A DNA stretch of 57,017 bases. Source: Myxococcota bacterium. Lineage in GTDB: Bacteria; Myxococcota_A; UBA9160; UBA4427. Both the position numbers and the translations under genes were made by a program. The DNA lies in contig JAYZFK010000071.1 of NCBI GenBank assembly GCA_036336835.1, forward strand, positions 1 to 57,017. The letters run 5' to 3'. The first letter of the stretch is position 1. Every line of letters begins with the position of its first letter. Under the pieces are notes generated by a model. The model was not told the DNA's origin. It worked only from the letters and a program-made list of their open reading frames with translations, and made no database searches. Below, piece by piece: positions 10,583 to 19,539 of the stretch.

Positions 10583-11767
10583 TCAGCCGATCACACCCGC
10601 CTCGCGCAACGTCTGCAGCCGCTCGGCGTCGAGCCCGAGCTCCTCGCCGAGCACGTCGTCCGTGTGCTGGCCGAGCTCGGGAGGCGGCTCGAAGGGCACT
10701 TCGCTCTGCGACATTCGCGGCGCGAACCCCAGCATGCGCACCGCGCCCTGGGTCGGATGCTCGACGGTGTGGACGAAGCCGCGCTCGTTCAGGTGCGGGT
10801 CGTCGAACAGATCCGTGGTGTCGAGCGTGGCCGAGCAGGGCACACCCGCCCCGGCCACCTGCTCCATCACCTCGTGCTTGGTTCGCTCGCGCGTCCAGCT
10901 GGCGATCTCCTCGTGGAGGATCTCGCTGTTGCGCACGCGCGTCTCATCGCTGTTGAAGCGCTCGTCGGTGATCAGGTCCGGTCGATCGATCGCCAGGTAG
11001 AGGCGATCGATGTGCTCGGCCGTCACGGCGATCACGAAGGCCCAGTCGTTGGGGCCGCCCGGCTTGCAGGGATACAGGCCCGACGGGGGCGCCCCGACCT
11101 GGCTGCCCGTGCGAGGCGCCGGCCGGCGGCCCCAGTCGGAGTAGTGTGCAATGCGCGTGCGCATGAAGTAGCTGAGGGCCTCCTGCATCGAGATCTCGAT
11201 GTGCTGGCCCCTGCCCGTGCGCAGGCGCTGCACGTAGGCCGCGAGGATCGCCATCGCCAGCTGGACCCCAGTCCCCGAGTCGCCGATCGTGGGACCGGGC
11301 AGGGTCGGCGGGCCGTCCGCATCTCCCGTCACGCTGAACGTCCCGGCCGCTGCCTGGGCCGACATGTCGTAGGCGAGGTAGTCCGCGTAGGGCCCCGAGA
11401 GCCCGAAGCCCTTGATCTGGGCGTAGATCACAGCGGGATGGACCGCCGCCAGCGTCTGGTACCCGATGTCGAGCCGCTCGATCGCACCCGGGCCGTAGTT
11501 CTCGACGAAGACGTCGAAACGCGGCAGCAGCTGCAGCAGCAGCTCGCGGCCCTCGGGCTTCGCCAGGTTCAGCGCGATGCCGCGCTTGTTGGCGTTCCAG
11601 TTCCAGAAGTAGTCGTCGCGACCCGCCGTCCAGCGACCCGGGTCGCCGAGACCGGGCGCCTCCACCTTGACGACGTCCGCTCCCAGCCAGGCGAGCGCCT
11701 GGGTGCACGAGGTGCCCGCCTCGTACTGCGTCATGTCCAGAATGCGCAGACCGTCGAGTGCCGGCAT
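10583..11767 (-). CDS. Family III CoA-transferase (CaiB/Frc-like)
   Basis: LDGLRILDMTQ, LGADVVKVE, NANKRGI, VENYGPG and catalytic-Asp motif IGDSGTG. Start is ATG 11767 or GTG 11773. Confidence 0.92.
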   Translation of the reverse strand: MPALDGLRILDMTQYEAGTSCTQALAWLGADVVKVEAPGLGDPGRWTAGRDDYFWNWNANKRGIALNLAKPEGRELLLQLLPRFDVFVENYGPGAIERLDIGYQTLAAVHPAVIYAQIKGFGLSGPYADYLAYDMSAQAAAGTFSVTGDADGPPTLPGPTIGDSGTGVQLAMAILAAYVQRLRTGRGQHIEISMQEALSYFMRTRIAHYSDWGRRPAPRTGSQVGAPPSGLYPCKPGGPNDWAFVIAVTAEHIDRLYLAIDRPDLITDERFNSDETRVRNSEILHEEIASWTRERTKHEVMEQVAGAGVPCSATLDTTDLFDDPHLNERGFVHTVEHPTQGAVRMLGFAPRMSQSEVPFEPPPELGQHTDDVLGEELGLDAERLQTLREAGVIG

Positions 11768-11843
11768 CGTCACCTCCTCGGGTCGCCTATCCTACTCCGT
11801 CGCGAACGCGGTCGGGGCCGGAAGCACGAAGGGGCGAGCGCCA

Positions 11844-13547
11844 TTGCAGCCGTCGATCCAAGACATTCACAGCCTGCTGACGGCACCGGGCGAGCAGTTC
11901 GAGATGGCCGAGACCGTGATCCACGGCGTGCCCGTGCGCTTCTGGAAGAACGCACCGCCCGACCTGCCGGCGGTACTGCGCAGCAGCGCCGCCCACGGCG
12001 ACAAGACCTTCCTGGTCTACCGCGACGAGCGAATCAGCTTCCGCGAGCACTTCGCGAGGGCGGCGCGCCTGGCACACCGACTGCGCGACGAGCTCGGCGT
12101 GCGACCCGGCGATCGCGTGGCCATCGCAATGCGCAACCTCCCGGAGTGGCCGACCGCCTTCTGGGCCATCACCGCGGTCGGCGGCGTCGCGGTGCCGCTC
12201 AACGCCTGGTGGACCGGCTCGGAGCTCGAGTACGGTCTCGCAGACTCCGGCGCCAAGCTGTTGTTCGCAGACGCCGAGCGGCTGGCACGGCTCGATCCCC
12301 ACCTCGCGACGCTCGGCGCCGTGGTCGGAGCACGTGGAGCCCCCGCCCCGGGCACCGCACGGCGCTTCGAACGCTTCGAAGAGCTGATCGAAGGCGCAGC
12401 TGCCGAGACCGAGCTGCCCGCAGTGGAGCTCCGACCCGACGACGACGCCACGCTCTTCTACACCTCGGGAACCACCGGGCGGCCCAAGGGCGTCATCGGA
12501 ACGCATCGCAACATCTGCACCAACTTGCTGACGGTCGCGTTCGCGCGCGCGCGAACGCTGCTGCGCTCGGGCGCGCCGCGCTCGGCGATCGATCAGCTGG
12601 AAGAAGACCCGGCCTTCCTGCTGTCCGTCCCGCTCTTCCACGTCACCGGCTGCCACAGCGTGCTGCTGAGCACCACGGCGCTCGGAGCCAAGCTCGTGCT
12701 GATGCACAGGTGGAATCCCGAACGCGCGCTCGAGCTGATCGAGCGCGAGCGCATCACGATCTTCGGCGGCGTGCCCGCCATGGCCTGGCAGGTACTCGAG
12801 TCGCCGGATTTCGCGCGCCGCGACACCTCGAGCCTGCGCAGCGTCCGCTACGGCGGAGCGCCCGCGCCAGCCGAGCTGGTGCGCCGGATCGACGAGCTGC
12901 TGCCGGGACGAACCCCCTCCAACGGCTACGGGCTGACCGAGACGTCGGCGATCGCCAGCAACAACGCCGGGGACGACTACCGCGCGCGCCCAGACAGCGT
13001 CGGCGTCCCGGTTCCGGTGTGCGACGTTCGGATCGTCGACGCCGAGGGATCCGAGCTGCCGCGCGAAGAGATCGGCGAGCTCTGGATCCGGGGCCCGAAC
13101 GTCGCCATGGGCTACTGGAACCAGCCCGAAGCCACCGCGGCAACCTTCACCGAGGGCTGGCTGCACACGGGCGACCTCGCGCGGATCGACCAGGAGGGCT
13201 TCATCTACATCGTCGATCGGGCCAAGGATGTGGTGATTCGCGGCGGCGAGAACGTCTACTGCGCGCAAGTCGAGCAGGTGCTGTTCGAGCACCCCGGCGT
13301 CCGGGATGCCGCGGTCATCGGCGTGCCGGATCGCGTCCTCGGTGAGGAGGTCGGCGCTGTCATCGTGTCTCGTCCGGGGGTCTCGTTGTCGGAGCAGGAG
13401 CTTCGCGATCACGTCCGCGCGCGGCTGGCAGCCTTCAACGTCCCGACCCACATCTGGCTCCGCGAGCAGGAGCTGCCCCGCAATCCCGCCGGCAAGGTCC
13501 TCAAGGCGGAGCTCAAGCGCGAGCTGATCGGCGAGCCAGCGCCTTGA
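11844..13547 (+). CDS. Long-chain acyl-CoA synthetase (AMP-binding enzyme)
   Basis: YTSGTTGRPKG, PLFHVTG, GYGLTET, TGDLA, RGGENV, PRNPAGK. Start is uncertain (TTG 11844). Confidence 0.9.
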   Translation: MQPSIQDIHSLLTAPGEQFEMAETVIHGVPVRFWKNAPPDLPAVLRSSAAHGDKTFLVYRDERISFREHFARAARLAHRLRDELGVRPGDRVAIAMRNLPEWPTAFWAITAVGGVAVPLNAWWTGSELEYGLADSGAKLLFADAERLARLDPHLATLGAVVGARGAPAPGTARRFERFEELIEGAAAETELPAVELRPDDDATLFYTSGTTGRPKGVIGTHRNICTNLLTVAFARARTLLRSGAPRSAIDQLEEDPAFLLSVPLFHVTGCHSVLLSTTALGAKLVLMHRWNPERALELIERERITIFGGVPAMAWQVLESPDFARRDTSSLRSVRYGGAPAPAELVRRIDELLPGRTPSNGYGLTETSAIASNNAGDDYRARPDSVGVPVPVCDVRIVDAEGSELPREEIGELWIRGPNVAMGYWNQPEATAATFTEGWLHTGDLARIDQEGFIYIVDRAKDVVIRGGENVYCAQVEQVLFEHPGVRDAAVIGVPDRVLGEEVGAVIVSRPGVSLSEQELRDHVRARLAAFNVPTHIWLREQELPRNPAGKVLKAELKRELIGEPAP

Positions 13548-14190
13548 ACAGGACGTGGAGCGCGAGCCCGATTCCGATCAGCAGGCACGCAACCAGCGTC
13601 CGCACCATGGCGAGGCTGATCACCGGCTCCGCGGGAAACACGTGGGTCTTCTCGAGCGATGCCCACTTGTGGACGCCCTGGTCCTTGGCGCCGAGCTCGA
13701 GCGCAAACTCGAACATGTCCCGCCGGCTGCGGTAGCGAACGATCGCCACCTGGTCCCACTCGTCGGCACCGTCGAAGTCGAGGAAGCGGCCCTGGACGTC
13801 CGCCATCAGGATCGGCATCGAGCCTCGCTTCACCAGGGCCGGCACGACGAAGGCGGCATAACGCGCTGCCGCTGCCTGGGCATCGTCGTCGTAGTCGTAG
13901 CCCGGCGGATAGAGCGCCTTGTCGCGGAACTTCATCAGGTTGACCATGTAGTACTCGTTGCCATCGTCCTGCCCGACGAGGGAACGGAAAGCCGAGAGGG
14001 TCTTCGAATTGGGATGCTCGCTCTGCGCGCTCAGCGCTTCGAGCTTGCCGAGATACACCGCCGCCGCCTGCTCGCTGAGCGGCTCGCCGCTGCCCCCCCA
14101 CCAGAGCCAGAAGGCGAGATACAGGACGCCGAGCACGACAGCAGTGATGCGCGAGCGACGAGATACCTCGAACGCGGCCTCTTCGCTCAC
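13513..14190 (-). CDS. Membrane-anchored DUF1330-like protein
   Basis: GTG start overlaps the upstream stop (GTGA). N- and C-terminal hydrophobic helices flank MVNLMKFR...WDQVAIVRYRS. Confidence 0.65.
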   Translation of the reverse strand: MSEEAAFEVSRRSRITAVVLGVLYLAFWLWWGGSGEPLSEQAAAVYLGKLEALSAQSEHPNSKTLSAFRSLVGQDDGNEYYMVNLMKFRDKALYPPGYDYDDDAQAAAARYAAFVVPALVKRGSMPILMADVQGRFLDFDGADEWDQVAIVRYRSRRDMFEFALELGAKDQGVHKWASLEKTHVFPAEPVISLAMVRTLVACLLIGIGLALHVLFKALARRSARA

Positions 14191-15332
14191 TGCGGCAACG
14201 GCAGCTGGTAGACGCGCGCGGCGGTCTCGTACAGCAGCTTGCGCTGGACGCGGGGCTCGAGTCCCTCGACGCTCGAAATCATCTGCTCCCTGACGCCGGG
14301 ATACAGGCAAGTCGCGTGCGGGAAGTCGGTCTCGAACATCATGTTGTCCTCGCCGATCTTCTGGAGCGCGGGGCCAATGTCACTCTCGAACCAGTACGAG
14401 CCGTAGATCTGGCGCCGAAAATACTCCGAGGGGCGGAGCTTCAGATCGTCGACGCCGTTCTCGTCGTACTGATAGTCGAGACTCTCGATCAGGAACGGGA
14501 GCCAGCCGACGCCGCTCTCGACCGAGACGAACTGGAGGCTCGGGAAGCGGTCGAGCAGACCGCTCATCATCAGATTCGCCAGGCACACCATGTTGCCCAT
14601 CTGCGCCAGCGTCGAGAGAGTGGCGAAGGCACGTCCGGGCGGATACTCGCCCCACAGGCGGATCGGACCGCCGGCGCCGATGTGGAAGTTGACGGGCAAG
14701 CGGCGCGACTGCGCGGCATCCCAGAGCGGATCCCAGTGCGGATCCTGGAGCGGCGGCAGGCCCCAGTCCTGCGTGCAGTCCGTCATCACGAAGCCGGTGA
14801 GCCCGAGATCGTCCTGGCAGCGCTCGAGCTCGGCGACCGCCGCGGGGACGTCCCAGAAGGGCAACATCGCCTGCGGGAACAGGCGACCGCCGCTCTCGCG
14901 CTGCATCTCGGCGCAAGCGTCGTTGTAGGCGGTCGCGCAGAACTTGCGATGCGCCTCGTCCTCGACCCGCATGATCAGGTTGCCCGCGAAGCCGAGAATG
15001 TTGGGATACACGATCTGCATCGTCAGGCCGTGCTCGTCCATGTACTCGAGGCGCGGCGCCACTTCGATCGAGCCCGGATGACACTCCTCGAAGGTGTCGA
15101 ACGCGATCTGCGCCTTGCTCTTGCTGCCGTCGCCCCGGATCGAGCAGTACCCGACCATCCCCATCACCTGTCCGTCCTCGACGATCCATCGGTCGACCCC
15201 GTTCGCGTCGCGCTCGACGCGCAGCGCGCGTTCGCGCAGGCGGGCGGGGGCGCGCGAGGTCCAGAGGTCGGCGGGCTCGGTCCAGTGGGAGTCGACATCG
15301 ATTACGGGCATCTCGGCGATGGCGTCGGTCAT
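14187..15332 (-). CDS. Amidohydrolase_2 family protein
   Basis: ATG 15332 preceded by GGAGG; IDVDSHWTEP, FHIG, ESGVGWLP, FETDFPH. Confidence 0.9.
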   Translation of the reverse strand: MTDAIAEMPVIDVDSHWTEPADLWTSRAPARLRERALRVERDANGVDRWIVEDGQVMGMVGYCSIRGDGSKSKAQIAFDTFEECHPGSIEVAPRLEYMDEHGLTMQIVYPNILGFAGNLIMRVEDEAHRKFCATAYNDACAEMQRESGGRLFPQAMLPFWDVPAAVAELERCQDDLGLTGFVMTDCTQDWGLPPLQDPHWDPLWDAAQSRRLPVNFHIGAGGPIRLWGEYPPGRAFATLSTLAQMGNMVCLANLMMSGLLDRFPSLQFVSVESGVGWLPFLIESLDYQYDENGVDDLKLRPSEYFRRQIYGSYWFESDIGPALQKIGEDNMMFETDFPHATCLYPGVREQMISSVEGLEPRVQRKLLYETAARVYQLPLPQ

Positions 15333-15365
15333 GCGGTCCTCCTGCCTGTGATATGACTTACTCCG

Positions 15366-16832
15366 ATGGAGCGCGGCAGACAAGAGAATAGACGCGTCGT
15401 GATCATCGGAGCCGGCCCGGGCGGCCTCTGCACCGCCATCCGCCTGCTCCAGGCCGGGATCCGCGACTTCGTGATCCTCGAAAAGGCGGCCGGCGTCGGC
15501 GGCACCTGGTGGCACAACAGCTACCCGGGAGCCGAGTGCGACGTCCCTTCCCACCTGTACTCGTTCTCCTTCGAGCCCAAGGACGACTGGGTGAAGCCCT
15601 TCTCGACCCAGCCCGAGATCAAGGCCTACCTCGAGCACTGCGTCGCGAAGTACGGGCTCACGCCCCACCTCCGTCTCGAGACCGAGGTGCGGAGCGCGGG
15701 CTGGGAGGATCCGCCCGGCCGTTGGCGGATCGAGACCACGGCGGGCGAAGTCGTACACGCCCCGATCGTCGTGAGCGCGATCGGCATGTTCAACGAGCCC
15801 CACTGGGCAAACGTCCCCGGCCTCGATCGCTTCGAGGGCACGCTCTTCCACTCCGCCCGCTGGAACCACGATCACGACCTCAACGGAGAGCGCGTCGCCA
15901 CCATCGGGAGCGCCGCCAGCGCGACACAGTTCGTCCCCGAGATCGCGAAGCAGGCCGGACAGCTCTACGTCTTCCAGCGGTCGGCCAACTGGGTCCTGCC
16001 CAAGGAGGACGATCCCTTCGACGAAGAGGCGCTAGGCGCCTTCCGCGCGGACGCGGGACTCGTGAGCGGCTCCCGACAGCAGATCTTCGAAGGGCTCGAG
16101 AATCTCATCCAATTCGACGATCAGGAGCTGATCGCCAAGACAGGACACGTCCACAAGAAGTTCCTCGGGGTGGTGGTCGATCCAGAGGTCCGCCGCAAGC
16201 TCACGCCCCGCCATCCCTACGGCTGCAAACGACCGCTTCTCTCGAACGACTACTACCCGGCCTTCAATCGGCCCAACGTCGAGCTCGTGACCGAGGGCAT
16301 CGCCGGGATCACGGACGACGCCATCGAGACGACCGACGGCAAGCTGCGCCGCGTCGACACCATCGTGATGGCGACGGGCTTCGAGACGACGAAGTACCTG
16401 TCGGCAATCGAGGTCCGTGGCCGCGACGGTCTGCAACTCGAAGACGCCTGGCGCGACGGAGCGCAGGCCTATCTCGGCATCACGACGAGCGGCTTCCCGA
16501 ACCTCTTCATGCTCTACGGGCCGAACACGAACAACGGCTCCATCCTGTTCATGCTCGAGTGCCAGGTCGACTACGTGATGCGACAGCTCGAGCGCATGCA
16601 GGCGAGGAGCGTCGCCTGGATCGACGTCCGGCGCGAAGTGATGGATAGCTACAACGAGGCGCTGCAACGCGAGCTCGACGGCGTCGACGTCTGGCACGCG
16701 AGCTGCAACGGCTACTACCGGGGTCCTTCGGGCCGGATCGTCACCCAGTGGCCGCGCAACATGACGATCTACCGCGAGCGCACGCAGGCCGACGATACCG
16801 ACGCGTACGAGATGGCGCCGATCGACACGTAG
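15366..16832 (+). CDS. Flavin-dependent monooxygenase, Baeyer-Villiger type
   Basis: GAGPGG, GGTWWHNSYPGAECD, FEGTLFHSARW, ATGF, FPNLF. Confidence 0.9.
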   Translation: MERGRQENRRVVIIGAGPGGLCTAIRLLQAGIRDFVILEKAAGVGGTWWHNSYPGAECDVPSHLYSFSFEPKDDWVKPFSTQPEIKAYLEHCVAKYGLTPHLRLETEVRSAGWEDPPGRWRIETTAGEVVHAPIVVSAIGMFNEPHWANVPGLDRFEGTLFHSARWNHDHDLNGERVATIGSAASATQFVPEIAKQAGQLYVFQRSANWVLPKEDDPFDEEALGAFRADAGLVSGSRQQIFEGLENLIQFDDQELIAKTGHVHKKFLGVVVDPEVRRKLTPRHPYGCKRPLLSNDYYPAFNRPNVELVTEGIAGITDDAIETTDGKLRRVDTIVMATGFETTKYLSAIEVRGRDGLQLEDAWRDGAQAYLGITTSGFPNLFMLYGPNTNNGSILFMLECQVDYVMRQLERMQARSVAWIDVRREVMDSYNEALQRELDGVDVWHASCNGYYRGPSGRIVTQWPRNMTIYRERTQADDTDAYEMAPIDT

Positions 16833-16894
16833 CGCGGCCTCGACCGGAGAACGCACACCTTCTGGTCGGACGCGATCGACTCCGCGGAGCGGGG

Positions 16895-17689
16895 CTAGCG
16901 CCCAGTGAACACGGGCTTTCTCTTCTCCGCGAACGCCGTCATCGCTTCTCTGGTGTCCTCGGTGTGAGTCACCAGGTGCTCGACCGCCGCACCGACGTCG
17001 AGCGTGGCATTCAGGCTCTGCCGAAGATGCTGATTGACCACCATCTTGGTCCAGCGGATCGCGGCCTGGTGTCCCTGCGCGAGCTCGCGCGCGTAGCCCA
17101 CCGCTGCGTCCATCAGCTGATCGCCCGGGACCGTGTGATTCACCAGCCCCATGGCCGCGGCCTCCCGCCCGTCGATCAGCCGACCCGCCATCAGCAGCTC
17201 CTTGGCGCGGTGCGGCCCGATCAGCAGCGGCCAGATGACGGCGCCGCCATCGCCCGCGACGAGTCCCATCCGGACGTGCGTGTCGCCGATGCGAGCGTCC
17301 TCCGCCATGTAGATCACGTCGCTGAGCAGCGCGATCGACGCCCCGAGTCCGGCGGCCGGGCCGTTCACCGCCGAGATGATCGGCGCCTCGCAGTTGACCA
17401 TCTCCTGGACCAGCCAGCGCGTCCCGCGCATCGAATCGAGCGGGCCCGGGTCCTCGGGAAAGAAGCCGACCATGTCGCCGCCCGCACAGAAGGCGCTGCC
17501 CGCGCCCGTCAGCACGATGGCGCCGACCTCGGGGTCGGTGCCGAGGGGCTTCCAGATGTTCTCGAGGCCCTCGTGCAGCGCGTAGTTCACGGCGTTGCGC
17601 TTGTCGGGGCGATTGAGTCGAACGATCGCGACCCGATCCTCGATCGTGATCTCCAGATGATGATTCTTGCCAAACTGCGCGTAGTCCAC
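16895..17689 (-). CDS. Crotonase-superfamily enzyme with His/Asp dyad (beta-diketone hydrolase-like)
   Basis: GTG 17689 after GGAGG; LNRPDKRNA, FCAGGD, DTHVRMGLVAGDGG. Confidence 0.88.
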   Translation of the reverse strand: MDYAQFGKNHHLEITIEDRVAIVRLNRPDKRNAVNYALHEGLENIWKPLGTDPEVGAIVLTGAGSAFCAGGDMVGFFPEDPGPLDSMRGTRWLVQEMVNCEAPIISAVNGPAAGLGASIALLSDVIYMAEDARIGDTHVRMGLVAGDGGAVIWPLLIGPHRAKELLMAGRLIDGREAAAMGLVNHTVPGDQLMDAAVGYARELAQGHQAAIRWTKMVVNQHLRQSLNATLDVGAAVEHLVTHTEDTREAMTAFAEKRKPVFTGR

Positions 17690-17750
17690 GGAATCCTCCT
17701 CGAGTCTGGGGCGGAACCTACCACTCCAGCCGACACTGCGTACAGAAGGC

Positions 17751-17765
17751 TGGCATAGTAGAGCG
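17751..17765 (+). promoter_or_regulatory. Putative extended -10 (TGg-CATAGT) of a leaderless promoter
   Basis: Hexamer 17754-17759 ends 6 nt before ATG 17766; no Shine-Dalgarno (SD). Confidence 0.45.
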
Positions 17766-18956
17766 ATGGCGGGAGCACTCGACGGTCTGCGCGTGCTGGA
17801 CATCGCGACGCTGTACTCGGCGCCGCTGGTCGCGGCGATGCTCGGCGATCTCGGCGCAGACGTGATCAAGATCGAGCCGCCCGCGGGCGACGGGCTGCGC
17901 AAGCTCGGTGTGAAGGCCGGCGGCCGATCGATGACCTGGGCCGCGGTCGGCCGCAACAAGCGATCGGTGACGCTCGATCTGCGCGAGCCCCGCGGACAGG
18001 AGCTGCTGCACCGTCTGGTCGAGCGCGCGGACGTGGTCGTCGAGAACCTGCCCGCGCGCACGCTCGAGCGCTGGAACTGCCGCTACGAGGATCTCGCTGC
18101 CATCCGGCCGGAGCTGATCATGGTCAGCGTGACCTGCTACGGGAAGACCGGCCCCTATGCCGACCGGGCGGGCAATGGCAGCCTGGCCGAGGCGTTCGGC
18201 GGGCTCACGAACCTGACTGGCGAGGCCGATGGCCCGCCGCTGCTGACCTCGCTTCCGATCGGCGACGTGCTCGCGGCGATCAGCGGAACCCTCGGGGCAC
18301 TGGCCGCCTGCTATGCGCGCGACGCCAGGGGCGCCGGCGGCCAGCGGGTGGATGTGAGCATGTACGAGCCGGTGCTGCAGTTCCTGGCGAACGGTGTGAT
18401 GCAGTACGTGAAGACCGGCAATCAGCCCGAACGGGCAGGTGGTCGCATCCCCGGCGCGGTGCCGCGCAATACCTATCGCACGCGCGACGGGCACTGGCTG
18501 GTGCTCTCGGCCGTCACCGATGGAATGGTCGAGCGGCTCCTGGTGGCGATGGGGCGGGACCCGGCCGCACTGGCGGATCGTTACGGCACGACGGAGCTGC
18601 GACAGGCGCACGAACTCGAGCTCGACGCCGACGTCGCGGCCTGGGTGGCGAGCTGTGATCGCGACGCCGCGCTCGAGGCGCTGGTCGCGGCGTCAATCCC
18701 CGCCGGGCCAGTCAACACCGTCGCCGACGTGGTGTCGGATCCGCACGTGCGCGCGCGCGGGAGCCTGGTCGAGCTGAGCGACCCGGAGCTCGGCCCGCTC
18801 ACGTTGGTGGGACCGATCGCACGGCTCGAGAAGACGCCCGCGTCGATTCAGCAGACGGGCGCGGCGCTCGGGGCCCATACTGCAGAGGTGCTCACGGGCG
18901 AGCTCGGCCTCGGACCCGACGAGCTCGCAGCGCTGCGCGCCTCGGGCATCATCTGA
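17766..18956 (+). CDS. Family III CoA-transferase; first gene of the selenoprotein operon
   Basis: LDGLRVLD, LGADVIKIEPP, RNKRSVTLDL, PIGDVLAA. Confidence 0.92.
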   Translation: MAGALDGLRVLDIATLYSAPLVAAMLGDLGADVIKIEPPAGDGLRKLGVKAGGRSMTWAAVGRNKRSVTLDLREPRGQELLHRLVERADVVVENLPARTLERWNCRYEDLAAIRPELIMVSVTCYGKTGPYADRAGNGSLAEAFGGLTNLTGEADGPPLLTSLPIGDVLAAISGTLGALAACYARDARGAGGQRVDVSMYEPVLQFLANGVMQYVKTGNQPERAGGRIPGAVPRNTYRTRDGHWLVLSAVTDGMVERLLVAMGRDPAALADRYGTTELRQAHELELDADVAAWVASCDRDAALEALVAASIPAGPVNTVADVVSDPHVRARGSLVELSDPELGPLTLVGPIARLEKTPASIQQTGAALGAHTAEVLTGELGLGPDELAALRASGII

Positions 18957-18995
18957 CCGCTACAGCCCCGCGACCCCTCACTTGGAGGACCCGAC

Positions 18996-19535
18996 ATGGA
19001 CCGAATCCGCATCCTCGACCCCACAGCCGCACCGCCCGAAGTCGACGCCGATCCGGGCCCGCCGGCGACCGAGCTCGATGGCAAGACCATTGGCCTGCGC
19101 TTCGACCAGACCTGGCCCTCCTTTCTCCAGGTGCTCGAGGAATGGGAGCCGAGGCTCGAGGCGGCCGGGGCGACCCTGCGACGCTGGAACGCTCCCGGGC
19201 GCGTCGGCGAGCAGGGCGAGCAGACGCGCCGCGCGCTCGACGGCTTCGTCGACGACGTGGACGTCGCCATCGTCGGCCTCGGCAATTGAGGCTCCTGCAC
19301 CTCCTGGACCGTCCACGACGCAGTCGCGGCGCTCCAGCGAGGTCGGACGGCGGTCGCCGTCGTAACGCAGGAGTTCGAGGGCCTGGCTCACCGGATGGCC
19401 GCGAACGCGGGGCGGGCCGGCTTGCGCGTGCACGTGCTGCCCTACCCGCTCGATTCGCTCCCGGAGGCAGAGGTGCGCGAGATCGCGCGACAACACTGGG
19501 CGCCGCTGCTCGACACCCTTGGCTTTCAGGAGTGA
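18996..19535 (+). CDS. UGSC-motif selenoprotein, 179 aa, Sec at codon 98 (TGA 19287-19289)
   Basis: SD GGAGGA at 18984. Reading through the TGA gives VDVAIVGLGN-U-GSCTSWTVHDAVAALQRGRTAVAVVTQEF...LPYPL...LGFQE, stopping at 19533-19535, 4 nt before the next start. UxxC motif and downstream hairpin present. Confidence 0.87.
19299..19343 (+). promoter_or_regulatory. Candidate bacterial SECIS hairpin
   Basis: Nested pairings ACCUC/GAGGU, CUGGA/UCCAG, CCG/CGG and CGAC/GUCG close a GCA loop about 31 nt 3' of the UGA. Confidence 0.65.
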
Positions 19536-19539
19536 GACG

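Noticed and set aside
9332..13345. 1337-aa plus-strand ORF, and other very long Arg/Ala/Gly-rich ORFs (22115-24910, 52723-55593, 52880-54916)
   Set aside because: These are shadow frames of real genes in high-GC DNA, with no motifs and low-complexity composition.
16833..16894. Hairpin between the convergent monooxygenase and crotonase genes
   Set aside because: The stem is imperfect and has no U-tract, so there is too little support to call a terminator.
18996..19289. 97-aa stand-alone ORF, or a nonsense-mutated pseudogene
   Set aside because: The TGA falls exactly at the first position of a xGSC redox motif and is followed by a hairpin and an intact frame. Sec recoding explains this better.
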